Positions 18,102-30,072 are shown, counted from the first letter of the stretch. The stretch: 64,000 bases of DNA from Candidatus Obscuribacteraceae bacterium (GCA_044226015.1 JBGAHS010000004.1:704001-768000), one strand, 5' to 3'. Program-made: numbers and translations. The notes: generated by a model from the letters alone, not told the origin.

Positions 18102-21100
18102 GTGGATTATGCAGAACTACATTGTCACTCAGCTTTTTCTCTTCTCGATGGTGCCTCAAACCCGGAAGAGTTAGTTGAACGCGCAAAAAATATCGGACTA
18201 TCTGCTCTCGCTCTAACTGACCACGATGATTTAGGAGGTGCTATACGCTTTGCTCAAGCGGCTAAGGAATTAGATCTTCCCGGTATTATAGGTGCGGAAC
18301 TCACTCTCACTGGAGATGAGCACGTCATCACTCTTGCCAAATCGCTTGAGGGCTACAAAAACATTTGTCGCCTGATCACTTTCGCACGAATGAATTGTGA
18401 AAGAGGACTTCCCCGTATAAACCTGGAGCTTTTAGCAGAGCATTCAAAAGGCATGATTGTGCTATCAGGATGCCCTCATGGAAAGATCCCAAAGCTAATA
18501 GCTCAAGGAGCAGTTGAAGAAGCCTTTTCTACGTGCAAGTACTTTCTCGAAATTTTCAAGGAGGATTTTTATTTAGAACTCTGGGACCACGATATAGCTC
18601 AGGAAGCCATAATTTGCAGGCATCTGTATGAGTTTGCTCAGAAATTAAAGATACCGTGGGTGGTGACAAATAATGTTCATTATGCTTATCCGGAGAAAAG
18701 GATTATTCATGATGTGCTTACTTGCCTTCGTCATGAAGTTACATTGAGTACTGCTGGACGGCGCTTGCGTCCTAACGGTAGCTGGTACTTGAAGTCACCG
18801 AAGGAAATGCTGGCTCAATGGCAGCATCATCCCGAAGGTCTATACAACACCCTCGTTGTGGCAGAGCGATGTGAGTTCAGGCTGGGGCTTCTAAAGCCCG
18901 AACTCCCTCAAATTGATTTGAGTAGAGCACAGGCATTTTTGGATAATCATAGTTTTTTCCGCCGAACCGGGGTCCCTTCCACCAGGGGACCCCACCCCGT
19001 TTTGTCAGTGACTGAATCAGATTTATGTAGCATTGCAGATCCTACTGAAACAGAGCTTGCTGGCAATATTGCTAAGCCTGCTAATCCTGCTAAGCGAGAA
19101 TACGCTGTCTCGAGAAGTGATGGTGATGCCGTTGCAAGAGAGATAGCTGTATCAAGCTATGAGTCCCCCTCTACAGAGGAGTCGGCTGGCGCCAGCAAAA
19201 ATGCGAATACAGCGTCAATCTCACTCACTATATATGAGGAAACTGCCGCTGAAGATTCAAATGTAGCGGCTGCGATAACTTCAGAGTGTCTACTGCAAAC
19301 GGATCCCCCTGTGAATCCTCTCTCCACCTTTTCCCAACACGTTTTTTCCTCACAGCGTTCCCAACAAATGTATGAACTGTTAGAGAATCTTACCTGGCTG
19401 GGAGCTGTTGAACGCTACAACAAGAATTTTGGCGAAAAGCAAATCAATCAACTGAAACATGAACTTGATTTGATTCGGCGATTGGAGCTTGCTCCCTATT
19501 TCTTGATTATGTGGGATATTATTTGTTTTGCAAATTCACAGGGCATCGCTGTTCAAGGACGCGGCTCTGCTGCTAATTCTGCTGTTTGTTATTGTTTGAA
19601 AATAACAGCTGTTGATCCTATTGCAATGGATCTCTTGTTTGAGCGATTCATTTCGGAAGATCGAAACGAGCCTCCGGATATTGATCTTGATATTGCCCAT
19701 CAAGAGCGCGAGAAGGTCCTGCAATATGTTTACGCGAAATATGGGCGCAACCATGCGGCAATGGTTTGTGAGCACATCACATATCGTGGCGCATCTGCCG
19801 TGCGTGACGCTGCTCGCATTTTTGACTTCTCTCCTGAGCAAGCCGATAAATTGTCTACTCAGGCGCAGCATATGGAAGCAAAGTCTGCTGCAGAGGCTCT
19901 GGCAACAGGCGGCGCCGCGCGTGCCGGACTCGACCCACGAGATCGTCGCGTGCAACTTTTGATTCAAGTTGTCGCAGGTTTGCATCAGCTGCCTCGTCAT
20001 CGTGGTATCCATGTCGGCGGCTTTGTTTTGGCTGGAGAAAATATTGGTTCTGTGGTTCCAGTAGAACCTGCTTCGATGCCAGGACGAACCGTCATTCAGT
20101 GGGATAAGGATGATCTTGATTATGCAGGATTGATCAAAATTGATTTGCTCGGTTTGGGCATGCTTATGATGATTCAAGAGAGTGTCAAGCTAATAAAGAA
20201 ACATCGTAATTTTGATTTGGATTTGTCTCAGCTTGATATGACTGATCAAAACATTTATCAAATGATGCAAAAGGCTGACACCATCGGTGTCTTTCAGGTA
20301 GAGTCGCGTGCGCAGATGAGTATTCTTCCTAAGATTCGGCCGAAGTGCTTTTACGATATTGTTGTATCAATTGCTATCGTGCGACCGGGTCCAATTCAGG
20401 GCAATATTGTGCATCCCTATCTGCGGCGAAGGCGTGGCATTGAACCGGTGACATATCTGCACCACACAATCGAACCCATTCTTAGAAGAACATACGGTGT
20501 ACCACTCTTTCAAGAACAAGGTATGAAACTAGCCGTGGTGGCAGCGGGATTTACTCCTTCACAGGCTGATCAGCTTAGACGGGTGATGAGCCATAAACGC
20601 TCGCTTGAGCGAATGATGGCAATTTGTGTGGATCTTGCTTCTGGAATGCGAAAGAATGGTCTATCTGAAGAAGCAATCGAAACGATAACTTTTCAATTGC
20701 GCGCATTTGCAAACTATGGATTTCCGGAGAGCCATGCTGCTTCTTTTGCATTGTTGGTTTTTGCATCTGCCTACATCAAATATTATTATGCTTCAGAGTT
20801 TTATTGCGCCATTTTGAACGCTCAACCCATGGGGTTCTATAGTCCTGCAACATTGATAAGAGATGCCATTCGGCATGGTGTTGAGGTGCGTCCTATTGAT
20901 CTTGCACACAGCGTTTGGGACTGTACATTAGAGGAAGCTAGCGCGGACTTCGCTTCACAGGCTGAGCCGTATGATGTGAATGTAGATGAGGCGGGTAATA
21001 TCACTTTTGTCAAAGGTTCTGCGAAGTCTAAAGCTTCGAAAAGCCGCCAGGATGGCGGCGTTCCCACGTGTGATAGGGTTGGCGAATCTGGGGTTGCCGA

Positions 21101-21923
21101 ATCTGGGAGCGCCAAATCTGGTAGCGCCGAATCTGGTAGTACCGACTTCCAGCCGGCTTCGTCACCGCCGGCTTTGCGCATTGGCTTACGGTATGTTTCC
21201 GGTTTGGGACCAGGTGCCAAGCAATTGCTTGAAAATGCGTGGGCAACAGGCGGTCCATTTACAAGCATAGAAGATGTTTGTAAGCGCAGCGGTTTGCGTG
21301 TTAAAGACCTAGAGCGTTTGGCAATGGCTGGTGCATTTGATAGCTTTTGTAACGGTAGACGGCAGGCACTTTGGCGAGTTCTCAAACAGGCTCGTACACG
21401 TCGTGAAATGCCTTTGCTCAAATTACTTCAAGAACGAACAAGAGCTAAGAATATGCAGAACGATTCGTTGGAAAAAGAGCCCTTCTTGCCTGCTATGACA
21501 GATTTGGAAACGACAATCGCTGATTACAATATTATGGGGCTCTCGACGGGCCATCATCCCATGGTCTTTTTCCGTAAATGGGCAGATAGCAACCATTACT
21601 TCACTTGCGCAGGATTAAGCTCCAGAAAAAATGGCGAGATGCTGACTGTTGCTGGTAGTGTGATTTGCCGTCAGCGTCCGCACACCGCCAAGGGATTCGT
21701 TTTTATCACTTTGGAAGACGAAACTGGTACCAGCAATGTGATTATTCGTCCTCAAGTTTTCGATGAGTTCAAAGACGTAATTTTGACGCAAAATTTTATA
21801 GCTGTATCAGGTCGTTTGCAATTAGAAGAAGGAGTGGTTAATTTGATTTGCACTTCCGTCAAAGCACTGCCCCGTCTTGCTGCTGCTGACGAAATTCCGA
21901 TTGAATCTCGTGACTTTCACTGA
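18102..21923 (+). CDS. dnaE2: Error-prone DNA polymerase III alpha subunit DnaE2 (ImuC)
   Basis: PHP YAELHCHSAFSLLDG, GRGSAANS, PDIDLD, YGFPESHA, NAQPMGFY, OB fold, C-terminal SRDFH signature. Confidence 0.95.
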   Translation: MDYAELHCHSAFSLLDGASNPEELVERAKNIGLSALALTDHDDLGGAIRFAQAAKELDLPGIIGAELTLTGDEHVITLAKSLEGYKNICRLITFARMNCERGLPRINLELLAEHSKGMIVLSGCPHGKIPKLIAQGAVEEAFSTCKYFLEIFKEDFYLELWDHDIAQEAIICRHLYEFAQKLKIPWVVTNNVHYAYPEKRIIHDVLTCLRHEVTLSTAGRRLRPNGSWYLKSPKEMLAQWQHHPEGLYNTLVVAERCEFRLGLLKPELPQIDLSRAQAFLDNHSFFRRTGVPSTRGPHPVLSVTESDLCSIADPTETELAGNIAKPANPAKREYAVSRSDGDAVAREIAVSSYESPSTEESAGASKNANTASISLTIYEETAAEDSNVAAAITSECLLQTDPPVNPLSTFSQHVFSSQRSQQMYELLENLTWLGAVERYNKNFGEKQINQLKHELDLIRRLELAPYFLIMWDIICFANSQGIAVQGRGSAANSAVCYCLKITAVDPIAMDLLFERFISEDRNEPPDIDLDIAHQEREKVLQYVYAKYGRNHAAMVCEHITYRGASAVRDAARIFDFSPEQADKLSTQAQHMEAKSAAEALATGGAARAGLDPRDRRVQLLIQVVAGLHQLPRHRGIHVGGFVLAGENIGSVVPVEPASMPGRTVIQWDKDDLDYAGLIKIDLLGLGMLMMIQESVKLIKKHRNFDLDLSQLDMTDQNIYQMMQKADTIGVFQVESRAQMSILPKIRPKCFYDIVVSIAIVRPGPIQGNIVHPYLRRRRGIEPVTYLHHTIEPILRRTYGVPLFQEQGMKLAVVAAGFTPSQADQLRRVMSHKRSLERMMAICVDLASGMRKNGLSEEAIETITFQLRAFANYGFPESHAASFALLVFASAYIKYYYASEFYCAILNAQPMGFYSPATLIRDAIRHGVEVRPIDLAHSVWDCTLEEASADFASQAEPYDVNVDEAGNITFVKGSAKSKASKSRQDGGVPTCDRVGESGVAESGSAKSGSAESGSTDFQPASSPPALRIGLRYVSGLGPGAKQLLENAWATGGPFTSIEDVCKRSGLRVKDLERLAMAGAFDSFCNGRRQALWRVLKQARTRREMPLLKLLQERTRAKNMQNDSLEKEPFLPAMTDLETTIADYNIMGLSTGHHPMVFFRKWADSNHYFTCAGLSSRKNGEMLTVAGSVICRQRPHTAKGFVFITLEDETGTSNVIIRPQVFDEFKDVILTQNFIAVSGRLQLEEGVVNLICTSVKALPRLAAADEIPIESRDFH

Positions 21924-21948
21924 TTCTCACAAGCAGCTGACCCTACAG

Positions 21949-22908
21949 TCACTTGGAGCAATCATCTCTAAAACTCAAAACGTAGCACTGCACTCTAGTG
22001 TCCGCTCCTTCAGCAAATCTTGGTTCAAGTTTAATCATTCGCGGTCGTTTTGAAATAAGGAATTCCCAATATTGTTTTTTCTCCTTTTCACTACCTTTCC
22101 AGCATCGATTCAATATTCTGTCTGCTTGGGGCTCTTGCCTATAGCAAATCAGTTGTAACAAGAAATCGGCTAATTCAGGGGGCGCAAGCTCTGCTGCTGT
22201 TGTTGCCTTTTCGTTAGGCTTGAATCCATCCATTGCGCCAGACCTCAGGAAGTCTTTTAACTTAGTCCCGCTAATAGCAAATCGCATTATTTCGTAGTTT
22301 CCATTATCAAAAGTCAGCTGTATGTTCGCTGTTACACCAAACTGACCCCAGTCCTCAAAAATTTTCTCTCCTGTCAACGAAGTGAAAGTCTGCCTTTTGG
22401 CTGACGATTTACTTTTACCTTTTAGTTCTGCGAATTTGATTTCTTGAGTATTCAGTTCCTCTAATTCAATAAATTCATTTCCGATGAGTCTATAAATGTG
22501 CAATGTGTGCTCACCGTTTCCCGATTCAGCATCAATTACAAGACCCTGCTCCTCAGCGGCCGGGTTGTTCTCTCTGCTGACTATGCTGAGTTCTTTGCAC
22601 TCTGGAAAGCTCTCGCTGAATAACTCTGTGCTACCATCTCGAATCTTCAGTTGGTCAGACAACAACACGACTTGTTTATTACCTAGCTTCAGCTCTGTTT
22701 TGTCCTCGGTGTTGGCTTTATCAATTGCTGCCAAATGTCCTGACTCGTCGTCGTTATGCGCGGGAGCCTTTGTTCTTTCAATAATTGAGGCTCTCTCATA
22801 ATTGCTCCCACTGAGTTGTGCTTTTCCTTTCAGGAAAAACGCAAACAGCAAAACGATCGCAATAAGTGCAATCACTGACCCGATTACTTTTGTCTGGGAT
22901 TTAGACAT
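21949..22908 (-). CDS. Hypothetical single-pass membrane protein
   Basis: Long ORF; N-terminal TM after MSKSQTK; no motif recognised. Confidence 0.6.
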   Translation of the reverse strand: MSKSQTKVIGSVIALIAIVLLFAFFLKGKAQLSGSNYERASIIERTKAPAHNDDESGHLAAIDKANTEDKTELKLGNKQVVLLSDQLKIRDGSTELFSESFPECKELSIVSRENNPAAEEQGLVIDAESGNGEHTLHIYRLIGNEFIELEELNTQEIKFAELKGKSKSSAKRQTFTSLTGEKIFEDWGQFGVTANIQLTFDNGNYEIMRFAISGTKLKDFLRSGAMDGFKPNEKATTAAELAPPELADFLLQLICYRQEPQADRILNRCWKGSEKEKKQYWEFLISKRPRMIKLEPRFAEGADTRVQCYVLSFRDDCSK

Positions 22909-23306
22909 GAATTTGATTTCACAAGAAGAGAATTCATTCTGCAATTTTGCATCCAAAAAAAGCAAATTGCTTCTAATTACTACAAATAGCACCCAATATT
23001 AGAGCAATGTCAAGCGCTGTGAATCATTGTTTGGCGCCTTATTCGAGATGTACTTTGAGTCGCGGACCTCTGCAGTGGGATTGCTCCCATTGCCCTTGTC
23101 TGCGCCAGCGATTTCAATGCATATGTGACTGGGGTATAGCAGTCCCGGTTATGGGGCTCGGTGGAAAAATAGAATCAGGTCGGGTTATGCGCCACAAGCG
23201 CAAATTATTTTCCAGGTCAGGCAACTGACTATCGCCGAGAAAGTGATCAGAAGGTTGCGGAAACGATTGTTTTCGCTATTCGTATCGCGGCAATTGGGGA
23301 TAGTTT

Positions 23307-24353
23307 ATGGCTGTAGAAACCGTTGATGTTCAAACTAAATCTGACGCAAAAGATTTGCCATCAGATCTTGAAGCAAAGTCCAATCTGACTCTTGATGCTC
23401 AGGCTCTAGCTGAGTCCAAGGCTGAAAATAAGTCTGAATCGCCAGCCGAACTGCCGAAACTTGGAATCACAGATAGCAAAGACCTAGAAGGTTTGCGCAG
23501 CCCGCTCTTGCCGTGGACCGACAAGCACCCAGATGGGCGCTTGCGCATGCACATGAGCTATGGACAAGTTAAAGATGCAATCGTAAAGTTGGGCGAAGGT
23601 CCGTCCCATGTGGCTAGAAGATTGCTTGGACCGGACGCCTCGGAACCTGATGTTAAGACTCTTACGAAAGCGATGGTCGGACAATACATCGATGAAACTC
23701 ATGACGAAAAGGTTCAGCATCTGCGAAATGGCCATGTAATGCTCAATGAGCGCAATGTCACGCAGATTCTTTCGCGCATCGGAGACGAAGAGACTCGAAA
23801 CAGAATTATCGATAAACTCAAAGTAGGTTGGACCGAACGTGAGCCGCCAGTAGCAGTGCCTTTTGAGGCACATGGTCGTCCCGGCGAAACCCATCCCAGT
23901 CGCATAGACGACCCTGCTCAATTCTTGAAAGATATCACTGCAGCTGCCGTAGATGTTAAAGCCGACCAGTACCGTGCAAGAGGATATTGTGCCGCCGGAT
24001 TTCGCCTGGCTATAAATGAATTACCCAATTGGAGAATCGATGGTGGCACCGTTGATACTAGCATCAACAAAGATATAAACGGATGGAGAAGTGGTCTGCA
24101 GATGGCACTCGACCTCTATGAAACTGGTTTGTTTGATAAGGTTCCACTTAAAGAACTCGGTTACAAGAATCTGAAACATGGCTATATCGTAGGACGCTAT
24201 CACTATCCCGACTATATAAAAGACCACAAGAGCTGGGATGGCGAAGACATGGGCGACATCGATGTTTACACGCCCAGGCACAAGCCACCAAATGACGATG
24301 ATGAGATGTATCACGATAGCTTTGTGCTGATTCCGAAAGGACTCAAGCGCTAA
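23307..24353 (+). CDS. Hypothetical protein with LysM-like segment and degenerate CHAP/amidase-like C-terminus
   Basis: IVKLGEGPSHVARRLLG; GYCAAGFRLAI...GYIVG...GDIDVY; domain calls tentative. Confidence 0.5.
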   Translation: MAVETVDVQTKSDAKDLPSDLEAKSNLTLDAQALAESKAENKSESPAELPKLGITDSKDLEGLRSPLLPWTDKHPDGRLRMHMSYGQVKDAIVKLGEGPSHVARRLLGPDASEPDVKTLTKAMVGQYIDETHDEKVQHLRNGHVMLNERNVTQILSRIGDEETRNRIIDKLKVGWTEREPPVAVPFEAHGRPGETHPSRIDDPAQFLKDITAAAVDVKADQYRARGYCAAGFRLAINELPNWRIDGGTVDTSINKDINGWRSGLQMALDLYETGLFDKVPLKELGYKNLKHGYIVGRYHYPDYIKDHKSWDGEDMGDIDVYTPRHKPPNDDDEMYHDSFVLIPKGLKR

Positions 24354-24454
24354 CTTCACCGCTGTAAAATTGTGCCAGCTTCTGACCACATCGATATGAG
24401 CTAAGCTCAATCGGCTGAGGTCTTCATGCGCGCCCTGCTCAAACTTATGCGAGT

Positions 24455-24668
24455 CTCTCGGATCCGAGTTCATCGGATGCCGTATCAATCGGATCCGTTT
24501 ATCGAATCCGTTTATCGAATCCGTATGTATCGAATCCGTATGTATCGAATCCGTATGTATCGAATCCGTATCTATCCGATCCGTATCTACCGGATCCGTA
24601 TCTATCGGATGCCTTATCTCTCGGATCCGTATTCATCGGATGCCGGATCCGAATCCATCGAAACCCGC
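24455..24668. repeat. Degenerate ~13-16-bp tandem repeats (TATCGAATCCGTATG core, CGGATCCG variants) between convergent genes
   Basis: Near-perfect 15-bp copies around 24513-24600 flanked by degenerate copies. Confidence 0.88.
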
Positions 24669-24678
24669 GTACTCAGAG

Positions 24679-27252
24679 CTAATAAACGATTCTACGAGTG
24701 GAAAGTTCCGCTAAATTTGCACCAGAAGTTTCAATGGTTAGATTTTTGAACAGCGCATCGGTGGCTCGTCGAGAAACGCCGTATTGTCCTTCCATCCAGG
24801 GGCAGGGGTAGAGCGCCAACTCCATGGCTTCTGCAGCACCTCCAACCGAGTTGAGTGGAACAATGTCGTTGATTTCAAACTTGCGCCAGTTTGTACTCGC
24901 GATTAAAGCACGAGGCGTCTTCCCTAGTATCTGAACACTACCATTGCGTCCTTTCAATGCGCATAGAAGCCCTACATCTCCGGGATTTCTAATCGCCTTT
25001 ATCTCACCTGTAATACGCAATTTGATATGCGTCGCATTCGACGGGGTCTGTATTGGTATGTCAGCTCCCACCGTCCGAGCCGCATAGAGCGCCACCTTGT
25101 TGATATGTAGTTGGTCCTTGGACTCGTTATCCCAGAGCATCTGGTCAAAAGACTTTCTTTCTACCTTCGTAATTACTTTTGATGAAGCCCTCGAGCCTGT
25201 AAAGCTCGGGCCAACCGGACTTGAGTTTGTTGAAGTGTTCGCTGCAAATCTTGCTTCACTCTCGTTATTAACGGTAAGCGCTAGTCTTATTCTTAACGAG
25301 TCCTTGAGCTGTGAGATTGGCTCGGACTTGCTCACTATGTAGCTGCGTTCTTTTGTCTCGCCTGTCAAAACAGGGTCCGTAAATCGGGACTCTGCCCCTG
25401 CGGCTACTGGAGCTGCTGCCAGAAGACCGTAGTTACAATAATCTGGACTCAGTATGAAGCGGGTCTTCTTGCGGTCACCATATATGATGGCTTCCTTTGT
25501 GGTGTTTTTGATGACAATCTTATTTTCGCCATTCCAGTTCAAAATTGAGGGGTCGAGCTGCAGGGCTCTCCACTGGCGGAAATCGCTCACTGAAATTCGC
25601 ATAGAGGGACCAAACTCGCGTAATTGGTCGTACAGCGAATAATGTCGCGCATCCAAATCCATTGTTGGTATCAGATGCGATTGTAGTTCTACTCCATTTA
25701 CTTCTATTTGCGCTTTCTCTAGATTCTTATCGCCGTCAACCATCACGAACACAGCACTGGGCGATTTCGGTTTCGCCACTCCCTTAAGGTCGACAATCTT
25801 TTCCACTCGTTCATTTCGAGCGAGTAAATGAGACTTCTCCTTAAACGAGTGAGAGTCAAACAAATGACAAATTGTCTCTGCATGCAACAGAAATGCTGAA
25901 GCTGCAAGTGCGGAAGCCACAGACGCTATCATAGCGAGTCGCCTGAGAGGGTCCTGGAACGAAAGCTGTGATGCCTGCCAGATACCATAAATTGCTAGAA
26001 TCACTACAAATGGCATTGCCGTGAAGGTATAACGTGGCTGACACTCCACCATCAAATAGCTGAGGTGGGTCACTATAATCAAAGCCGAGATCTTGATTAT
26101 GTTTCGCTGCTGGTTCGTCAAATAGCGCTTATGGCAGAACGCATAGATGCTAACTCCAAACAAAGCACATGCCAAAATCATCCGATGAATCAGCAACTGT
26201 GCATTCTCGTCGAGTCCCAAAGCTCGTCCCTTAAAGTCGTTCCAGGGGCAGGCACTCAGTCTGCTTACTTTGCTTATCATCAGCCGCATCGATTCGACAG
26301 GATGTGTCATGAAGACAGATGCTGCAGTGGGTAGTGGACCATCTGCTTCAGTGTACATGTCCACATTGGGCGTGTGCGGGTTGTAAGCCCAACCATCACC
26401 TTCGAGGTTCCAACCAGTTACAACATTGTACATAGGTTGTCTCTGGGCTGTTGGAAAGACACTTCCGGTAGTGGCAAAGCAGAACGAAGACCAGAGGGCA
26501 AGAATTACGGAAACGCCTACAGTGATTGCTCCGCCGGCAAGCAATTTTTGTTTTCGACCTTGCTGGCATAGTGCTGCAAATAAGCAACTAAGCAAAACAG
26601 CAGGAATCAATGCCGGCTTGCACAAGATTATGAGCCCTGCTGCAGCACCGCCGATGGTGAGTGCTAATTTGCGTTGCGAGGTCAGCGTGTATGTCATCAG
26701 CAAGAGCGCTGTAGTGACTGGCAGTTCCGACATGAAATGCCCACTTTGCAGTACAGCTGGTGGATAGAGCCCATACACGAGTGCTGCCATACAAGCAAAC
26801 AACGGATTTTTGGAAAGGCGCCAAACAAATAGTGTGACCAGTGCGGTCGAAAGTGCATGGAATGTGGATTGACCATTGGCAAGAATCATCCAATCACGCG
26901 GTGTCGGTATCTTGTTCAAAACAAAGAAGAGCGGCGCATAGAACAGCGACATGATTGGACCGTCGAAAAGCAAGTGACCAGCTAAATCCGCCTGCCCCGC
27001 GAACTTTTCGGCCAATTCCGAACTCGAATTGAGTTGTTTTAGATATTCCGTAAGTAATGAGACTGTGTGCAGGAAATGCTTCCCGTCGGTCGCGAGCATT
27101 ATTCGCGATTCGCAGAAGATCATGTTGTGCAGAAGGCAAGGAATCAGCCCTGTAATAAAGGCAAAGCCCGCTAGTAGCGGCGCGATTTTTCCTTTGCCGA
27201 CTGAGCTCTTGGTCTGGGTTGTTTCGGATTTCTCGGAAAGCAGTGCAGTCAC
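24679..27252 (-). CDS. GT-C (ArnT/PMT-like) membrane glycosyltransferase with large C-terminal extracytoplasmic domain
   Basis: Many TM helices; DG..F, LYPPAV...FMSELP, GLIILCKP, QPRY patterns. Confidence 0.7.
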   Translation of the reverse strand: MTALLSEKSETTQTKSSVGKGKIAPLLAGFAFITGLIPCLLHNMIFCESRIMLATDGKHFLHTVSLLTEYLKQLNSSSELAEKFAGQADLAGHLLFDGPIMSLFYAPLFFVLNKIPTPRDWMILANGQSTFHALSTALVTLFVWRLSKNPLFACMAALVYGLYPPAVLQSGHFMSELPVTTALLLMTYTLTSQRKLALTIGGAAAGLIILCKPALIPAVLLSCLFAALCQQGRKQKLLAGGAITVGVSVILALWSSFCFATTGSVFPTAQRQPMYNVVTGWNLEGDGWAYNPHTPNVDMYTEADGPLPTAASVFMTHPVESMRLMISKVSRLSACPWNDFKGRALGLDENAQLLIHRMILACALFGVSIYAFCHKRYLTNQQRNIIKISALIIVTHLSYLMVECQPRYTFTAMPFVVILAIYGIWQASQLSFQDPLRRLAMIASVASALAASAFLLHAETICHLFDSHSFKEKSHLLARNERVEKIVDLKGVAKPKSPSAVFVMVDGDKNLEKAQIEVNGVELQSHLIPTMDLDARHYSLYDQLREFGPSMRISVSDFRQWRALQLDPSILNWNGENKIVIKNTTKEAIIYGDRKKTRFILSPDYCNYGLLAAAPVAAGAESRFTDPVLTGETKERSYIVSKSEPISQLKDSLRIRLALTVNNESEARFAANTSTNSSPVGPSFTGSRASSKVITKVERKSFDQMLWDNESKDQLHINKVALYAARTVGADIPIQTPSNATHIKLRITGEIKAIRNPGDVGLLCALKGRNGSVQILGKTPRALIASTNWRKFEINDIVPLNSVGGAAEAMELALYPCPWMEGQYGVSRRATDALFKNLTIETSGANLAELSTRRIVY

Positions 27253-27444
27253 AGATTTTGCTCTAAATACTGGGTTATCAATAGTAAAGCAATAGGACGA
27301 AAGTTCCTTTAAGCAAATCCCATGTTCTGTCTCGATAAGCCTCTAATTGCTGCTTCTTCAGCAATAAACGGTTAGAATAGCTAAATTGCGCTTAAAATAT
27401 GAATCAGAGATCATCATAGAGTGATCTGATAACGAGGGGGCGAA

Positions 27445-27906
27445 ATGGTTTATCAGCTATGTCCAGTCTGTAAACGCCCATACGATGGCATGAATTGTTT
27501 GCGATGCACGCAAGCTTCTATTTTCTTGCAGGGCTTTGGACAGGAAACTCTCGGACAGACGCAGTCCTCGAGCCCGGGAATTGTAGCTCGCTTGCCGGTT
27601 TCAGATGACAACGCAAAATTGAAACTTCCTGATGGACAAATGTACTGTGTCCCGAAACCCACCTGCAGAATTGGGCAGGACTCCACTAACGATATTGTTA
27701 TTAATGACGACAACTTTACTGCAAAATTCCATGCGCAAATTTCTTTTGATGATAAAGAGAACGAATATGTAATTCGCGATCTCGGCACCAAGGAAGGAAC
27801 CTTCTTGAACGGTGCCCCTGTGCATTTAGATCAGGTTGTCTTTAATGGCGATCAAATCAAAATCGGTAAAAACAAGTTTTACTTCATCAGCGATCTCGAT
27901 ATGTAG
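27445..27906 (+). CDS. Zinc-ribbon plus FHA-domain protein
   Basis: CPVC..CLRC; RIGQ...NDIVI...HAQI...IRDLG..GTFLNG...GDQIKIG. Confidence 0.85.
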   Translation: MVYQLCPVCKRPYDGMNCLRCTQASIFLQGFGQETLGQTQSSSPGIVARLPVSDDNAKLKLPDGQMYCVPKPTCRIGQDSTNDIVINDDNFTAKFHAQISFDDKENEYVIRDLGTKEGTFLNGAPVHLDQVVFNGDQIKIGKNKFYFISDLDM

Positions 27907-27957
27907 TTCGCGTTAAGGACCCGGTTTAGTCATCCACACAACTAAAAGATTTGGTCG

Positions 27958-29667
<1,710 letters not shown>

Positions 29668-29778
29668 CTAAGCCAACTCCAATAGATTACCAAGTTGCTG
29701 GAATGCTAACCCGGTGAGTTTTGAAATATGTCAGAGCTTCTGAAACATTTAATCGCTTTTCGTCCACTTCGGAACTTT

Positions 29779-30072
29779 CTAATCGCCTATTCGTGGCACA
29801 TGGAAGAATCCGTTTTCTGCTTCCGGTGCATTGGCTAGAAGCTTATCGTGACCTAATGATTCGATGACTTCGTCTTCTCTCAAGACATTGACTATAGGCA
29901 GTGCATGCGACATTGGCTCAACGCCAGTCGTATCTATCGAACTCAGCTCATTGAAACTGTCGATTATGCGTCCGAGCTGCTCTGCGTAAAGCTTCTTCTC
30001 GTCTTCTGTTAATGAAAGCCGCGCGAGTTTTGCGACGTGTTCGACATCCTTAATGCTTATCGACATGACCAC
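29779..30072 (-). CDS. gatC: Asp/Glu-tRNA amidotransferase subunit C
   Basis: VEHVAKLARL, IDTTGVEP, NVLRED, LANAP..GFFHVPRI. Confidence 0.95.
   Translation of the reverse strand: MVMSISIKDVEHVAKLARLSLTEDEKKLYAEQLGRIIDSFNELSSIDTTGVEPMSHALPIVNVLREDEVIESLGHDKLLANAPEAENGFFHVPRIGD

Noticed and set aside
18920..21167. Inteins in DnaE2
   Set aside because: The insertions lack a C-terminal His-Asn followed by Cys/Ser/Thr and lack LAGLIDADG motifs; they are low-complexity linkers
10180..21923. Genomic island integrated at tRNA-Gln
   Set aside because: I saw no integrase and no duplicated tRNA 3' end in the window; cannot be excluded without comparative genomes
24426..24749. 107-aa ORF with RIRMY repeats
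   Set aside because: Translation of the 15-bp tandem repeat; overlaps the convergent gene end
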